Source: Chrysomallon squamiferum (lineage: Eukaryota > Animalia > Mollusca). Taken from it: 64,000 bases of DNA. Positions within the stretch are counted from its first letter, which is position 1, and the number at the start of each line of letters is the position of its first letter. A model generated the notes under the pieces. The model was not told the origin of the DNA and made no database searches. It saw only the letters and a list, made by a program, of their open reading frames with translations. This document shows positions 1 to 15,000 of the stretch, in pieces. The translations under genes were made by a program, and so were the position numbers. The stretch spans positions 29,016,001 through 29,080,000 of the forward strand of contig CM022673.1 in the NCBI GenBank assembly GCA_012295275.1, given 5' to 3'.

Positions 1-3000
1 CGTATCTAGCAGTTTAACTGCTGAAGGTATTAAAACATATAAAACTCTCACTGCACGATCTAATCAGTAGCAAACTGAAGTAACGATAAAAAGATAGTCG
101 TTGTCTGTACTCAGCGTCTTGTTTCTAAAACTGCCTGTCTACAGAGATTAATAGAAATATATATCTCTTTTTAAACGACAAGACAAACTGTAGCTCAGTG
201 AAATAACCACAAACACTCGCCAGAAATGTCCAGGGTTCAGTGATCAGTTCTCCTTGTTCTACCCATTGGGCTGTTTCCCATTTTAATTCGTCTATCTCAT
301 AAATGATTTACCAAAGACCATGGTGCATACTTTAATACTACCCAAGGTTTGGTGTATAAAAAATATTCCTCGCTGTTAATCATTAACTGTATATTACTGT
401 GTGTCGGCAACGGCTTTTCTGTTCTGTTCTCAAAAATAAACAATATAATTCAAATATGTCAGTGTTTCTTTAAAACGATATTCCTTTATTCTCTATTTAA
501 TTTTTCTATACGATACATATGAAACATACTCCATATATTTGTATGATATGCTGAATGCGAACTCTAAGTTCATGTAGCAAAATATTTATAATGGCGGTTA
601 TTATATATACGTTAATTGATAAATTGTGTTTGACATTTTGAAATGTTTTGTTATCGAAACTATAATATCACTGACTACTGAAGTTCATATGTTAGAGAGA
701 GAGAGAGTGATATTTCTGCAATAAGGACATTTCTGGTGTTGTATATCTAATGTAATGCAATGAAAATGTTTGCAAGATTATTCCGACCTTTTATGTATGT
801 AAATATGTATATGTGTATGTATGTATGTGTGCGTGTGTATGTATGCGTGTGTATGGTATGCATATATGTATGTATGAATGTATCTATGTAAGCGTGTATG
901 AACGCCTTTATGCTTACGTATGTATGCATATGAAGATGTTACCATGTCAGTGTCTGTGGATGTTGTTTGTTAAAGTAAATGGAATACATAAACACTTGAT
1001 CAGAGCTATATCATGTCTATAAACACTCGTAACTGTATCTAAATGAATATCTTTATCAGAAAGCTACCAGTGCGATGTCTCTCACAGCTTTGTAAACATG
1101 CATGTAAATTACCAGTTTCTTGTTAGACGTAACAGACTCTCTCAGCGAGGCTGCTTCTAAATAAACGTTAGAAACAAGCGTTCTATCAGCAGGCTAAGAT
1201 ATGTGGATGCATGTAAGATATTTATGTAACAGCTGCAGAACTGGCTTGCGGCCAAAACATGCTCGTTTGCCTTGGTTACCTGGTCAGAAGTATTCAACAC
1301 GTTTTCGTAGGTTATTTATTTCTTCTGGTTTTTTTTTTTCTGTTTCTTTCCGTGGCAGCTTTTCCCGTTAGTCATCAGACAACAGGATATGGCTCAGTTA
1401 TTTAATTTAACGTCTTTGAATCGTAAAGCGTTTATTTTGTTGTTATCACCTCTGCAGAGAGCCGTGATTTAAGCAGCTTCTGTCTGTCGACTGGTTGCTG
1501 GTAGGATCGACTCTAGGTTCTGGCTTCTAATTGAATATAACTGGAGATGTGACAGGCGATTTCAGTTTTTTTTTTTTTTCAAAATAATTAACTAACACAC
1601 AACCACTGTGTTAGGCAAACAACACAAAAATCTCCAACTGTTTACCCACGACAGATGTGCTTGAACCTTCAGTGACAATTAGCACGTTTCAAACAGATTT
1701 TTTGGCTGTCATTCGTTAATCTGAAAGCACACAATTCTCCAACAGACTTTGTTACACATTACAATTACAGTTATTATTTCGAAATCAATGGTGTTGGGCT
1801 TGCGGTTATTTTATTTTATTTTATTTATCTATTTCGCTGCTATTTCACATATTTTATTTATACGTTTCGTGATTAAGATGTAACTGTAGTTATGATTATT
1901 GTATGAATAAATTGAATTACAATCGAATTCTCACGCTAGAATGCAATTAGGGATCATCGTTTTTCCTAGGAGACAAAAATCAATGATGCTACTGTAACCC
2001 ACACAAAGCCAGTTATTAAGCGGGATCAAATATCTTTCCAACAATTTATGACGTTATGGTATAACTCATTTAGTCTTCACACTTAAACTGCTTGTTGAGT
2101 TCTGTTTATAGATTTAACTAGCCTCTGATGATGCTTATAGGAAATAACTTTGAAAGTGGCCTCACTGTTAGTTGTGAAGTCCACAGTTTTCCCAAGGAAA
2201 GACGGAAACTGTGCTGAGGAAAATATCTCAGTATTTCCCTCAATGACAAAATAATTCTTAGTATAATCACAATGGCTGGTCTGTTTTGTAACATCAGCGA
2301 CGTTGACACAGTATTTAGACAGACCACTGTGTGTGTATATGTCGAGACTTTATCAGCTGATGAAGATAACAGGCTGGTTCATTTTAAGCGATTACATTTC
2401 ATAAAATGAAATTATTTTTTTTTTTTAAATTAGATAAATTTAAAACAAAATGAACGTTTTCGACAGCACTACGAATTTTTCATATGTCTATTGTCAACGA
2501 GTATACGCAATTATTATTTCAGTTCATATCCCTTGTAAGTAAATCACTGTAGCACTCTGACATCCACATGCAAACAAAAACCTTCACGCAGATGCACATG
2601 TCGTATATATTTTTATACTTCAAGAGTATTACGTGTTATCTCAGCATCGACATTTTATTCTAAAACAATATTTTAAACTACGTAGTTTTCTGGTGGACAG
2701 TGATACAGTTAAAAGAAAAGATGGGCAAACTTGATGTAAGTAAACCGAAGTTAAAATTTCTAAGCATATCATGGGCGGACAGATACGTCAAACAGTTATT
2801 CAGCATCGGTGATTAAAGTTTGATTTACGCATGCGCACCAACGTCATCATAAATGTAAAGGGTTAATGTTAGTATTTAATTTATTCAACGATAATTTATT
2901 TTACCGTGATATACTAAAATCAAACCAGAAAGGAAGATTCATTTCATATTAAGTTTATTCTTGATTACAATTAAGTAAAAAGATTCTCTGGTATTCGCAT

Positions 3001-5011
3001 ACATTTCTAAGCAGAATAATTTTTTTTTTTTTTATAAAAAGTAAAAGAAAGACAAAAAGAGTTTTTCAGGTCTTGCATTATCACTGTTCCTTAGTTACAA
3101 CTGTTTTCTTTGGCTTATGTTCATGCTTTTTCTGGAAAATGGAAAATAATCTTGTTTAACGATAGCGCTGGATACGCATACGTCGAAAGATCACGAACAT
3201 TTTGAGAAAAAATAGCTTTCTGAATTGCAGAAATGCAAGTGTACCGACAAGTGCCTGTTTTATGATTTACAGCTTCATAATTTGTGCAATTATCCCGACA
3301 GGAATTATGTGTGCAAAATATTTCATGACTAATGAAGTCAAAAAAAAAAAAAAAAAAAAAAAAATGAATGGAGAAAAATATCCTGTTTTCTTGGCAACAT
3401 ACACTTTAGATAAGAGACGAGCAACCGACAAACGATGAGCTACATTTTCATGGTCTTGCTGATAGAGACGTTTTATATGCATCTTTCCTTAGGCAGGGCA
3501 GCAAATACCACAGCCTTTGATACATCTGTTGTTGGAGCACTTTCTGGAATGGGTAATGGTCCAGTAGGAGCGTTGAAATCCACAATGTTAACATCAAATC
3601 ATGGCTAGTGAACACGAAACAGTATTTCAAATATCCTTAAACTACCTTTCTCGTGATGCAGAACTATTTCATTCATTTACAAGTCTGTAGGTCAGCTAGT
3701 TTTATGCTGGATGTAAACAGCAAACTATTGATATGTGTAGACAGTTAGCAAAGATTATAAAAAATGTACTAGTTATAATGCCACCGTTTCATATAGCAAT
3801 ATAATTAATAACTGAAATTAATTACAGTTATAAACAAGAAAGAACGCGTATTAAACTCAGTTTTAAAATCTGGATCGATTAGACCACAGACATCTTTCTA
3901 GATAGCAAAGATGCAGAGATATTTATCAATGAAATGAACAGAGAAAATTATTGAAAAACTTGTATATTTTTGGCTATTTTGTCAAAGAAAAGAAACAACC
4001 AATAAAAACTGTTTAGACTGTACTCGAATAACACAGACCCAAAGACAGTGTTTGGCTTAAATTAAGAAAAAAACAAAAAACAACTAAAGGGGCATCAGTT
4101 ATTTAATTTAATTTAACAAGGAAACGGTTACTGTATTTGAATTCATTACTGAAAAAGTAGAGTGCGGAGCTGTTATTATCAGATAACTGAGATAGACGGA
4201 TATTCATCAACTGAGTGTTTTTCCTGTTTGTTGTTTTTTCCTACGATAAGAGAACTGTTTCAGATGACACACTTAACGAAAAAAGAAACAACAAAAAGGA
4301 CAGTATATTGATGAAGATATTTTCTTACACGCCAGAATACAAATCACGTTTTAAACGTATCACAACAAACTGCTTTATTTCTAACGTCCTGCAGCTTCAG
4401 TGATAGCAGCATAATAGCCTTAGTGAAGCCAGACACTTGTCTTTTTTCCCCAGCTATTCGATGAAATGTTTTACGCACGGCGTTTTTCACTATGAAAACA
4501 CACTTGTTGCAGTTTGCAACAATTACAAGTCGGCTCTGTTTTACCACGGCGTGGCTGGCGTCGTTATGGCACGTAAATGGTGAACTCGATCCGATAAAAG
4601 TCTTCAGACGCAGTTAAATGCATTTCTGAGCAAATTATCTTGGGATTATCTTGCAAGCAGAAGAAACAAAAATGGCCACTTATAACGCTGTATTGTGTGA
4701 CGCCATTTAACTTGTTAGTTTCTCTCACTCGTGCGAGTTTTATTGTTAATATCAAGACGCATTGCGAGACAGATTTAATAATAATAAAAAAAGAAGAACA
4801 GGAACAACAGCAACAACAACAATTACAATAATAATATAACATAATGATAATAATAATAAGAAGAAGAATAAGAATAAGAAGAAGTTGAAGATGAGATTAT
4901 ATTTTTTAAGTAATGTTTTGGAGGGAATGACTTTCCTCTGTTATTTTGTTTTGTACCATAGTTTTGTTTAGAACTCACACTGTCAGGGAGGGTTGTACTA
5001 TAGTTTTGTTT

Positions 5012-5014
<3 letters not shown>

Positions 5015-5096
<82 letters not shown>
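5015..5096. repeat. (AG)n microsatellite
   Basis: Perfect dinucleotide run. Confidence 0.95.
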
Positions 5097-5101
<5 letters not shown>

Positions 5102-6129
5102 CTAAATTTGTTTCTTTTTTTTAGGTCCCACCTCCAAACACCAAAACAAAGAACAAAACTGATATAAAGACAATATCACATTTTTTCAGAGTATCACTTT
5201 TTTTTTTTCGGACACTTCTGTACAGTGATGTCTGGATGTCGAGTGTTTAGCCTTGGTTACCAGACATCTTTATAGCGACTTTGAACTCTTAACACACACG
5301 CCGTTACTCAGAACTCGTTACACTCTCAGACTTTTTTTTTTTTTTAAATAAAATAAAAACTGATACACATGTTGATAATTTATATATAACACGGGGGGGG
5401 GGGCTGCACCTCAGAGTGGCACCATATCAAATTTCCTGACTCAGACTGACTAAATCTCCAAGAATTTCTGCTGTAGGACACGGAGTAATATGGCGGTTTC
5501 AGAAAGAATGAGTTCATGTGAAGAAGTCATGCAAATCCAAAATAAGGTTGCTGTTTTTTGTTTTCTGTTTTCTTTTTTGTTTTGAATAATACATATATAT
5601 ATACACACTATTTGTTCTTTCTGAGTCATGTTGTAATGAAAGTTTTTGTTTTCTAAAGTGGAGTTTTTGGGGAGCATTGTTACTTTAACATGAACCACAT
5701 GCAAGGTCAGCAAGGAGAAAGTGATTTTGTTACTGAGAAAGCAGGTCGTTCCTAAAGTTTAAAGTCGCAAGTTAGATTTTATTTTAAATATCTTCTTGTT
5801 GGTGTTGTTTTGTTCTTAGCCATTGTAAGATACTTCCGTTAATGAGCACTACTGCATTTCCAGTCCTGAAGTAAGTTCAGCTACAGCATTTGATGAATTA
5901 ATTAACGAGTGGATTTATTAATAGTTACGATAATTTCAACTTTTATTAGATTTTCTTTATCCGATGTTCATTTAATAATAAATAAAAAAAAAGAAAATGT
6001 TTATTAATGTTATAATTAAGGGGTTTTATTTATTTATTTATTTATCTATTTGTTTGTTTGTTTGTTTGTTTGTTGGATTGTTTATTTTAAACGTAAATAA
6101 CAGTAATATATAAAAACAACAGGCTCAGT

Positions 6130-6570
6130 ATATACTACTACTACTATTACTGCTGTTGCTGTTATTATTATAACTACTACTAGCATTAGCTCTATTACTA
6201 CTACTGTTACCAGTATTATTACCATTGTTACTACTGCTACCACTACTACCTCTACTATATGATGACTACGATGATGACTACGATGATGACTACCACTACT
6301 ACTACTGCTACTTTTATCATTACTTCTTCTAGTAGTTAGTAATATTGATACAAGCAGTTTATTATTAGTATTAGTACCAATGGTAGTGTTAGCAGAATTA
6401 GTTCTGTGATAGTAGTAATAATAATAATAGTAGTAGTAGTTGTAGTAGTAATGGTTATAGTACTAATAGTAGGCGTAAGTGCAATTGCATAGCAGCAGCA
6501 GCAGCAGCAGCAGTAGTACTTGCAGTAGTGGCGGTGGTAGTAGAAGTAGTAGTATAAGTAATTCTAATAA
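6130..6570. repeat. Degenerate (CTA)n then (TAG)n/(CAG)n trinucleotide low-complexity tract
   Basis: An actactact-type tract followed by the complementary agtagtagt-type tract. Confidence 0.75.
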
Positions 6571-9500
6571 TAAATGATATAAATAATGTAAAATTATTTA
6601 ACGATCCTTTACTTAAAAACAAAAATCATGAAATGGAGATTGTAACTGTGTATGAAACTGGAAACGTGTTGTTGAGATACATGTAAAAACGTGTTCACAG
6701 TGGGTGGTCTGGGTGTTGGGTGAACTGCTCAAAGACTCTGAGTAAAGGTGAGAACTCAGACAGACTGGATACCTTTCCGAGGAATCGACTGCGAGCTATT
6801 GTTTTCATACCTCCAAGGAACTCCCAACAAAAAACCAACAAAAAAAACTAAAAAACCTGGCACTGTGCTGCCTGCTAATTTATATTTTACCCAATAGCAA
6901 CAGATATGTTTCTTTAGGAATGTAATCAAGGATCCATAATGCTATAATTGCATCTGTTGAATCTATCAGAAGGAATGATCTAGTTCGTAACTTTTTCTTA
7001 GCCAAATTCTTTTTTTAAATTTAAAAAAAGGTGTATATTCCCATGTGCTTCATAGGTCATCCTTACTTTACTACAGTTATATCTGCTGAGAGAGTTAGAA
7101 AAGAAACCCGCATCTACACTAAAGCTGATGTTATCGCTACCTGTTACAGAAAGATGAAAACCTGTTTTTATCTATTTTCCCACATGCATAAAGCATTTGC
7201 CACGGTCTGCTATATCCATTTGTTTTGAACGTGAAAATAGTTCTCACTGGACTTTTCAAGTTAAAGATATAGCCCAGTGCTTGAAACTCTCAGTCAAAGT
7301 GAAGTTAAGAGGTGTGACAATTACAATATCTTTGATATCCTGTAACTGCTGATTGAAATCATAGGAACCACATGGCTTTTTCCACAGCGAATGTCAGCTA
7401 TTTGACCTGGTCGTCAGTTGAACCGGGTACCGTAAGAAAATATCTCGACCATGTTCCGCAAGCGGGTCTTGGTTTTCCGAGGAATACGGAAAGAGGACGA
7501 ACATGTGCGAATACCGCCGATTCCTTTCCGTGGACGACGGAACGCTGGTATATAAGCGTGTCGGTTCACGTTACATATCTGTTCATCACATTTCACGTTC
7601 TGCACGTGGTTGTCATGGAAACTAAGTAAAGATATTTGATGTCAGGGGCGTACGTTTTTGTTTTTCTTCCTTTTATTTTATTTTTCTTTCTTTCTCTCGT
7701 TTAACGTGAGAAATAATAGGATTTAAAAAAAAAAAAAAAAATAAAAAATTCATAAAAGTAAGAATAACGATTACTCTGTTTTGGAATTATTTTAATACTT
7801 CTTAACAATAAAGTCGTATTAATGTTGTTTATTCATTTTGTTTTAGATAATGAAGATTTCTCACCTTTTAAACTTGTGAAATTTTAACAGTAAAATTAAA
7901 TGTGTGTGTGTGTGTGTGTCATAATTATTAAATATAATTAAAACTATATCCTAAACTATTAAATATACATCCAATCTTTTTCATTATTTTTCATGTAGTA
8001 TATCTAAATTTGATTCATTGAAAAGGGCTACAAATATTTCAGAAATAATGATCATCAGTTCTGTCTTGCACACTGTGTCATCAGTTATTCAGTGTGAAAT
8101 GTAGAGAACTTATCACTGTTCGCCAGCTGAGGAAGAAAGTTACTGGTTTATCATTTCTCATTTTGTACTAATCACCACCAGCTGGTTAAAATGATAACAA
8201 ACTCAGATCTAATCCATGCATATAACAGAAATGACAGGTCGATGATTCTGTTTTCTTATTAACTTGAGAAAGAGGAACAAATGGGTTCTGAGTATGTGTA
8301 CATTACTGCATGACTTTGTGTGATTAAAGTAAATCAATGATAAATGGTATCCCGATGATAAATGATATTCTTTCTTAAGTGACGAACAACTCATCCTAAA
8401 GGCGTAACACAAAATAAATATAACGTGCGTGTGGTGTATGGTTGTTATATGATTGAAACTATATGGGACTGGTAAAAACTTACATATAAACCAGTCCTTA
8501 TCTAATCACCCGAAGCAATAAAATATACGTATACACCAATCCTGAATATCCAACAGCGCTCAAACATACACGCACACTCCAGGCTATACATAACATTACA
8601 GCATGTACATATGCACATAATATATATTGTTTATGTATCTTTACAATAATATAATGATTCAACGAAATAATCCCGTTGCTGTACAAAATATGGCTAAGAA
8701 AAAAAAATTAATTCGTTTAGGAATCTTTCGCTTCCAGCTCTGCCTAGTCTTTAACTCAGCCGCTGAACCGACTCGACCTCGCTGATATTTTCGCCCTCTG
8801 GTTCCAGCGGTGTGTTTGGCAGACGCATGTTTAAGATTCCAGCCTGTAACAGCTGGAAGACGGTTAACGCTTTCAACTTGTACGTGGTTTATTCCGCACG
8901 TCTGCGGGGTGCATTTCTCATCTTGGACATTCAGCAACTGTTTGACGAGGCGGGACTTAGTCTGCTCCGCGTTTGGTGGGATGCAGGAACGATCCGCTGC
9001 AACTGGTTGTTAACGCTTTTCTGCGACACTACTATTTCAAACCCGTGCCTAGGTGTATAATATTATATTCTTATAGAGCAAGACATCTAATGTTATGAAG
9101 GATGGGTATAACTAATGAATTCACTCTTTTCTATTATCTTTTTAATAATATAGTTATTATTACATCTCTGGTACTCAATATTAAGATTCTTAAGCTGTTT
9201 TTTTTTTTTTTTTTTTAAATTTATTTAATATAGCCACGAGAACGAATTTTAAAAATTATGCCTACGATAAGGACACGTGACATGTTCTGGAAAAGTAGTA
9301 AACGATTTCACGACTTAAAAAATTCAAAAAAGAACATAATGAAAAAGTAAAACTGCTACGAATAAGGAAGGTTACGGGTAACTGATTTTGGCGTCAGTTT
9401 ACTTTAACAACACGAATTATAAATATGAGGAACCTGTGGGTGGAACATTCAGACACAGAAATTAGAACTGTCTTACGCTGCTGTTCTATTTCCACACCAA

Positions 9501-12021
9501 CTCTCTGCCTCGCTCTGGCCTCACAACGTTTCTGGGCGCCATGTTGAAATACCGACTGCCGCTTTAGTGTCATTTATTCGAAGACTGTTCTGATTTTCCG
9601 GAATTGTTTCCAGATGTATCTATTTCATGTAGACGGTTAGGTTATTATTTTCATTAGATCTGTGAACAGATAAGAATAGATCGACTGTCGGACCAACGTC
9701 AACAGTTTACACTTGAAAAGGTTAAAGAGCAAATCTTTGGACCTTTCGGCTTGTCGACAGTTCTTTGCCGATGACCGTAGACATCCGTGATGACCACTGA
9801 GATAAGCAGTTTAACTGGGAAATGTTATCAAAAGCCTTTTTAACCGAGAGACTAAACAAGTTAAATAGTAAAATCTATGTTTTAAATAATAGTTATGAAT
9901 TTGTAAAAAGTTCAAAGAACACTCTAAGTCGAAAGAGACTTAGTTTGTAAAACCTTTTCATACGCAGATTAATAAACGTCTTGTTGGTATATCAAATGCA
10001 GAATTTATCTCAGTATCAAGATTTCTTTTTGCTGTTGGAATAACAGGATATTTCATAGTAGAGATGTTTATTCACTTTGGACAGTACAAATGTCCATTAG
10101 AGTTACAACATGTATTTTTATTACACTGTACGAGTAAATAAGGATCCTGCGAATGACACCAAAACTGTTACCACGAGGAAGGTAACTGATTCCTGCCTTG
10201 ATGCTTATTTCATGAAGTCAATGCATTTATTAAAAATGCTAATTATGGAATATTAATCTTTGTTTATATATTAGAGTAAAATCTGCCCAATTGTTGAAAA
10301 CAAAACAGTATAAGGCTGACTCGAGTAATGGTATTTGATCAGTCGAATTGATTTAAGCATTCATATTATATTATTCCAGTTTTCTTGTATCAAATATAAA
10401 ACAAATATTTTCATTCATCTGCTATCCTTGTCCAGATGACCTCTCTAGATGTTCAGCATGACGTATCTCGACGAATATATTTAAATAAAAATACTGACCG
10501 AAAACTGTCGATAATAAATCGATTTCAAAATAAAAGAAAGACATAATATTTATTATATTCTTGAACTAAATGGTTTGTGATTATTATCGATTACGAAATC
10601 CATTAAGCTGGTTTGACTAAAAACATTTTGCTTGCTGATAGCTTCTAACGGAAGCGAAGAAGATAATTTTTTTCAAATGCAGTCAAAACGGATAAAACAG
10701 CCAGTCTCCAGCAGGGACAGAACGGGACGAGTCTGTAGGATGAGTCTGTTAACTGAGTGCATTAGACGCTTAGTTTGCAGCAGGTCAGACGAAAGTCTCG
10801 GACGTCTAGAAAGTTTTAAACTTTTTTTTCTTTTCTCATAATGGCAGGTTGTATCGGCGAAAATGAAAAAAAAAAAACTTCATACTTTATCTTCATTTTG
10901 TAAATTTTTTTAATTTTATTTTTATTCAAGACTTAACGAGGTTAACATGAATTATGTTAATTATCATCACCAGTTAGAACGATACTGTCATTTTGATTGG
11001 TGTATTTGTTAGAATTATTAACTGTCTGCAATAATTTGGCGACACTTTATATTAAAATTTCGATAGTGTTTCTGAAACCATGAATATACCGTTTAGAAAT
11101 CTGAAATGTTTCAATGGCAATATTCTTCGCAAGAAAACCACGATTAATATTTCTCAGATAATTCTTATGAATTGCCAGTAAAACTGAGGGTCAAATAACC
11201 TATACTATAGAGGACTTATTAGTAAAGTAGACATTTACTAAAATAAATGACACGTGCACACTGAGCGTACACAAACAGAAATTTTACTGTAAAAAATAAA
11301 ATAAAAAATAATTAAACATGGTCCGATTTTGGAATGAATGGAACATCTTTATTTTTTTCACAATTCTGAATATCTTACTATTTGGTTAAAAATATTTGTA
11401 CACTCTTAAAATATTTCAGTTTGGGCGATTCACAGGATTCAGCAGTGAATCACTTATTGCGTCCTACGTGGCCCGGACATGAAAACATGTTCTGGAAAGT
11501 CTAATCTAGAAACGTCGTTATCCGATCAGATTCGCCAATCAGGAATCAAACACAAATGACCTGCACTGATTGACGATCGGACCCAGATATCGATCAGCGC
11601 TAGCCATGGCCTTGTCCAGTTTTGACAGGACGGTTATTGAGAGCCAAAGAGCCAATCGTGTTCGTTTTCAAAAACTCATCAATCTGTGTCGGGGTCAGTT
11701 TAACGGTTTATGTACACATTCTCTGTGATATGTTATTGAACCGTGCCTCAGAAAGATGAAATGTTTAGATACGGGAATGTGCAAAAGTGCACCAAGACCC
11801 ATGATGGCCACAGTGCTGTTTTGGAGCGACCTGAGTGCTGTGTGTATATCGGAGAGTGTACGGTCGTTCACAGGCACAGATTTGGTTTCCATGTCTGGTT
11901 TTATCACAGAATGTGGTTTGGTAGTCTTCGAATGACACGCACTTTATTAATTAAACGGATACCGGGAGTTTGGCACGAAAGTTAGAAAAACAAAAAAATT
12001 GTAGTCATCAATACTTGTCTC

Positions 12022-12086
<65 letters not shown>

Positions 12087-15000
12087 TATTCCGATTTTTT
12101 ATCTCTTTTTTTGTGTCAGAATGAATTACGCATTTGTTTTAATAATAAACATCCTATTGTTTTCCTATTTTCGTATTGTCCTTTAGATAATTTTTTGTTT
12201 ATTTACAAAACAGAATACATGTATGATTGTTCGATTATAATTGTTTTCATTACCGCCGCTTTGAAAAACAAAAACAACAACAGATCGCTTAAAACAAACA
12301 GCCTTGATCTAACTCACAGCACTGAATTGTTCGGCACTCTGAAAAATGTTTTAATTTCTTTCATGTAGATTTAAACATTGTTTTAATATTTCTAGTGTCT
12401 GTGTGTGTTTGTGTGTATGCATGCTTACAGTATGATGAAATAGGTTCATATGTAATTATGTGTGCGTGCTGTATACCAGTATGTATATGTGTATATGTAT
12501 GAGTGTATGTATGTATGTGTTCGTGTGTATATCAGTGTATGTATGTGTGTGTGTGTGTATGTAGGTATGTATACATGAATTTGAGCTGGTGTTAAAAAAA
12601 AAAGCGAAAGCGGTAGAAAAGGAAAGAAGGTGAGAGAAGATAATAACGACATAGAAGATGGCTAAAAAAAGAGTTGAATCCTGTTTTAAAACTGCAGTAA
12701 TGTGTTTATTTTCGTGGCAGTTTTTTCTTCTTCCATGCTTTCTCTCTCTGTCACTAATCAGGGAATCGGACACGTGAAGAACACAGATTTGTTACAACAG
12801 AGCTGACTTCCTCTTGGACGTGTTGACGTACTCGAGATACGAGCCTCGTTTAGACGAGAGTTGATGAGCTGATGCCAAGTGATAGGTCACCAGCAGTGAC
12901 CTCGCGCGTGCTGCTAGTAAACAGTTTGAGACGACTCTCGTGGAAGGTACTCGTTTCCACTCTGGATCTGGTTACACCCAGTGTCATTATCGTTTTAGTA
13001 ACATCGCACTTGAAACTCTTAGAAACACTTGCAGTTAACGTAATTTCTCAAACGTTTCGCTCTTCCTTTTTCACCAGCTGCACTCCAGAAGGAAGTTCAG
13101 TACTGCTGTTCTATAGCTGGTGGTGCAGCATTGTTATTCTAAATTAAGTGCAGCAGTTAAATGACTTAATGAAGAAAGCGTACGGTATTATACGTACAGC
13201 TGATTAGCAGTATGGTAGCGGTTAATGTTAAGTGGCGTATTTTTCAATATAACGGGTTCTCAATACAAAAAGGAAACGATGCTAAAATTATCTAGCCATT
13301 AAAACATTTTTTTTTTTAACATCTTATTTATTTATTTATTTTATTTATTTATTTATTTTTTTAACCATTTTCTTGTTTATATTTTAAGGCAGACCCACTA
13401 CCAAGAGAATGCTAAACTAATACTCAAATACTAACAACTACCTGAACAATTTGTCGTTATTAGTGTAAGTATAGTATTTTACAAGACAAACAGTGGTAAA
13501 AGTGAGCCGAACGTACTATATAATTAATGGCGATGTAATTTAGACTTCGTTACCTTGACCCGACCATTTACAACGATACAATCTAGCCAGGGAATCCTGT
13601 AAGCTGAGGTTTGTGTTGTTTGTTTACGTGGAAGAAAAATACCGTTTGACCTGCTGTTTGGCTTGGTTACTGGCAAACCATCAATCTGGAGAAATCCCCA
13701 AATTTTGTAATGAGAATTCCCCATCTCTGCAGTTCTTCATCTTATCTGTTGAGTTCTTCACTTTTCGCCTGCAATATCATATAACGCAAAAACGTCCTGG
13801 TTTTGTGAATGCTGCACCATCTGTTTTGTTTATTTGTTTGTGTTGTTTTCAGTTTCGAAATCTTGATTCAACAACAATAAAATAAAATAAATGTATATCT
13901 GTATCTAGACAGCTATGAAACCTTTTCCGTAACAGAGTGAATTAGTCGTTATGTCTGAAATCGTTTAATTAAACAACAATTTTTATTTCAAGACTTGATT
14001 TAGTAGAACGTAATATTACGTTTCCTTTTTGCTTTCAGTTACGCATTTCACTAGAAGTATAAGTCCATTATTGAGTGATTGACATCTTTATACACCCTGA
14101 TAATTAGAACTGTATTGGACAGTTTACAAAAATATTAATTCATTAACAGCTTTTAAGCATTTCAGTTGTGACGACAGACTGAAGACGAGGCATCCTTTAG
14201 ATCTGAATCTATATTATTTGCAGACTTCGGAATGACAAAATTTATACTTGGGAGGGAATAAAGAACTTCACAAACAGAAATGAGATCATCATGGCGTTGA
14301 CAGATGTAATTTAAACAAAACGACTGTTAACAAAATGGGAGGGACACTTACCAGTTCGTTCCCACGGATTCATGTACGGTACACGTCATTCAATTACAGT
14401 TATCTCTACAAACATCAAAAGCTGGAAATCAGAAAATATCGTGAAATTACATTCAGTATTAGATATCTGATATCTTTTACCTCATGACTGCTGATACTAT
14501 TCAGAATGGATAATACAAAAAAAGAGAGACCAAAAAATATTTGAAAAGGTTTTAAAGATTAAAAATAAAAAAGACACACAATGACTTTTGACATCACGTT
14601 TTCACCAGCATGTATGGCCTTCATTAAAACAGAATATCTTAATACTGTTATGGCAGTATCTTGTATCGCCCTTTGAAAAATGTGACAGATAATAAGCGCT
14701 AGTTAAACAATACACTGTGTTGGTGTACGAGTATGCCTGCCTCCCATTCCAGGTTTGATGGTAGCCGAGCCTCGCGTTCTTAATTAGATTCCTCTCGTGC
14801 TTACATCTGCCACATCTGCCCTTCACGACAGCAGAGCGCTCCTACCTTTGAGCAAAACAAGGAACTTGGCTTTAACTAACTTCTGACATCCTGGATCAAT
14901 ATCCTCTCATTTGTTGCACATTTTTACATATCAGACACACTAATGAAATTATTTTATAACGTAGACGAGAACATATACACAGAACAAATATATTTTTCGT

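Noticed and set aside
8659-9060. Three overlapping ORFs in a GC-richer island
   Set aside because: Non-ATG starts, no domain similarity and no consistent exon chain; more likely UTR or regulatory sequence.
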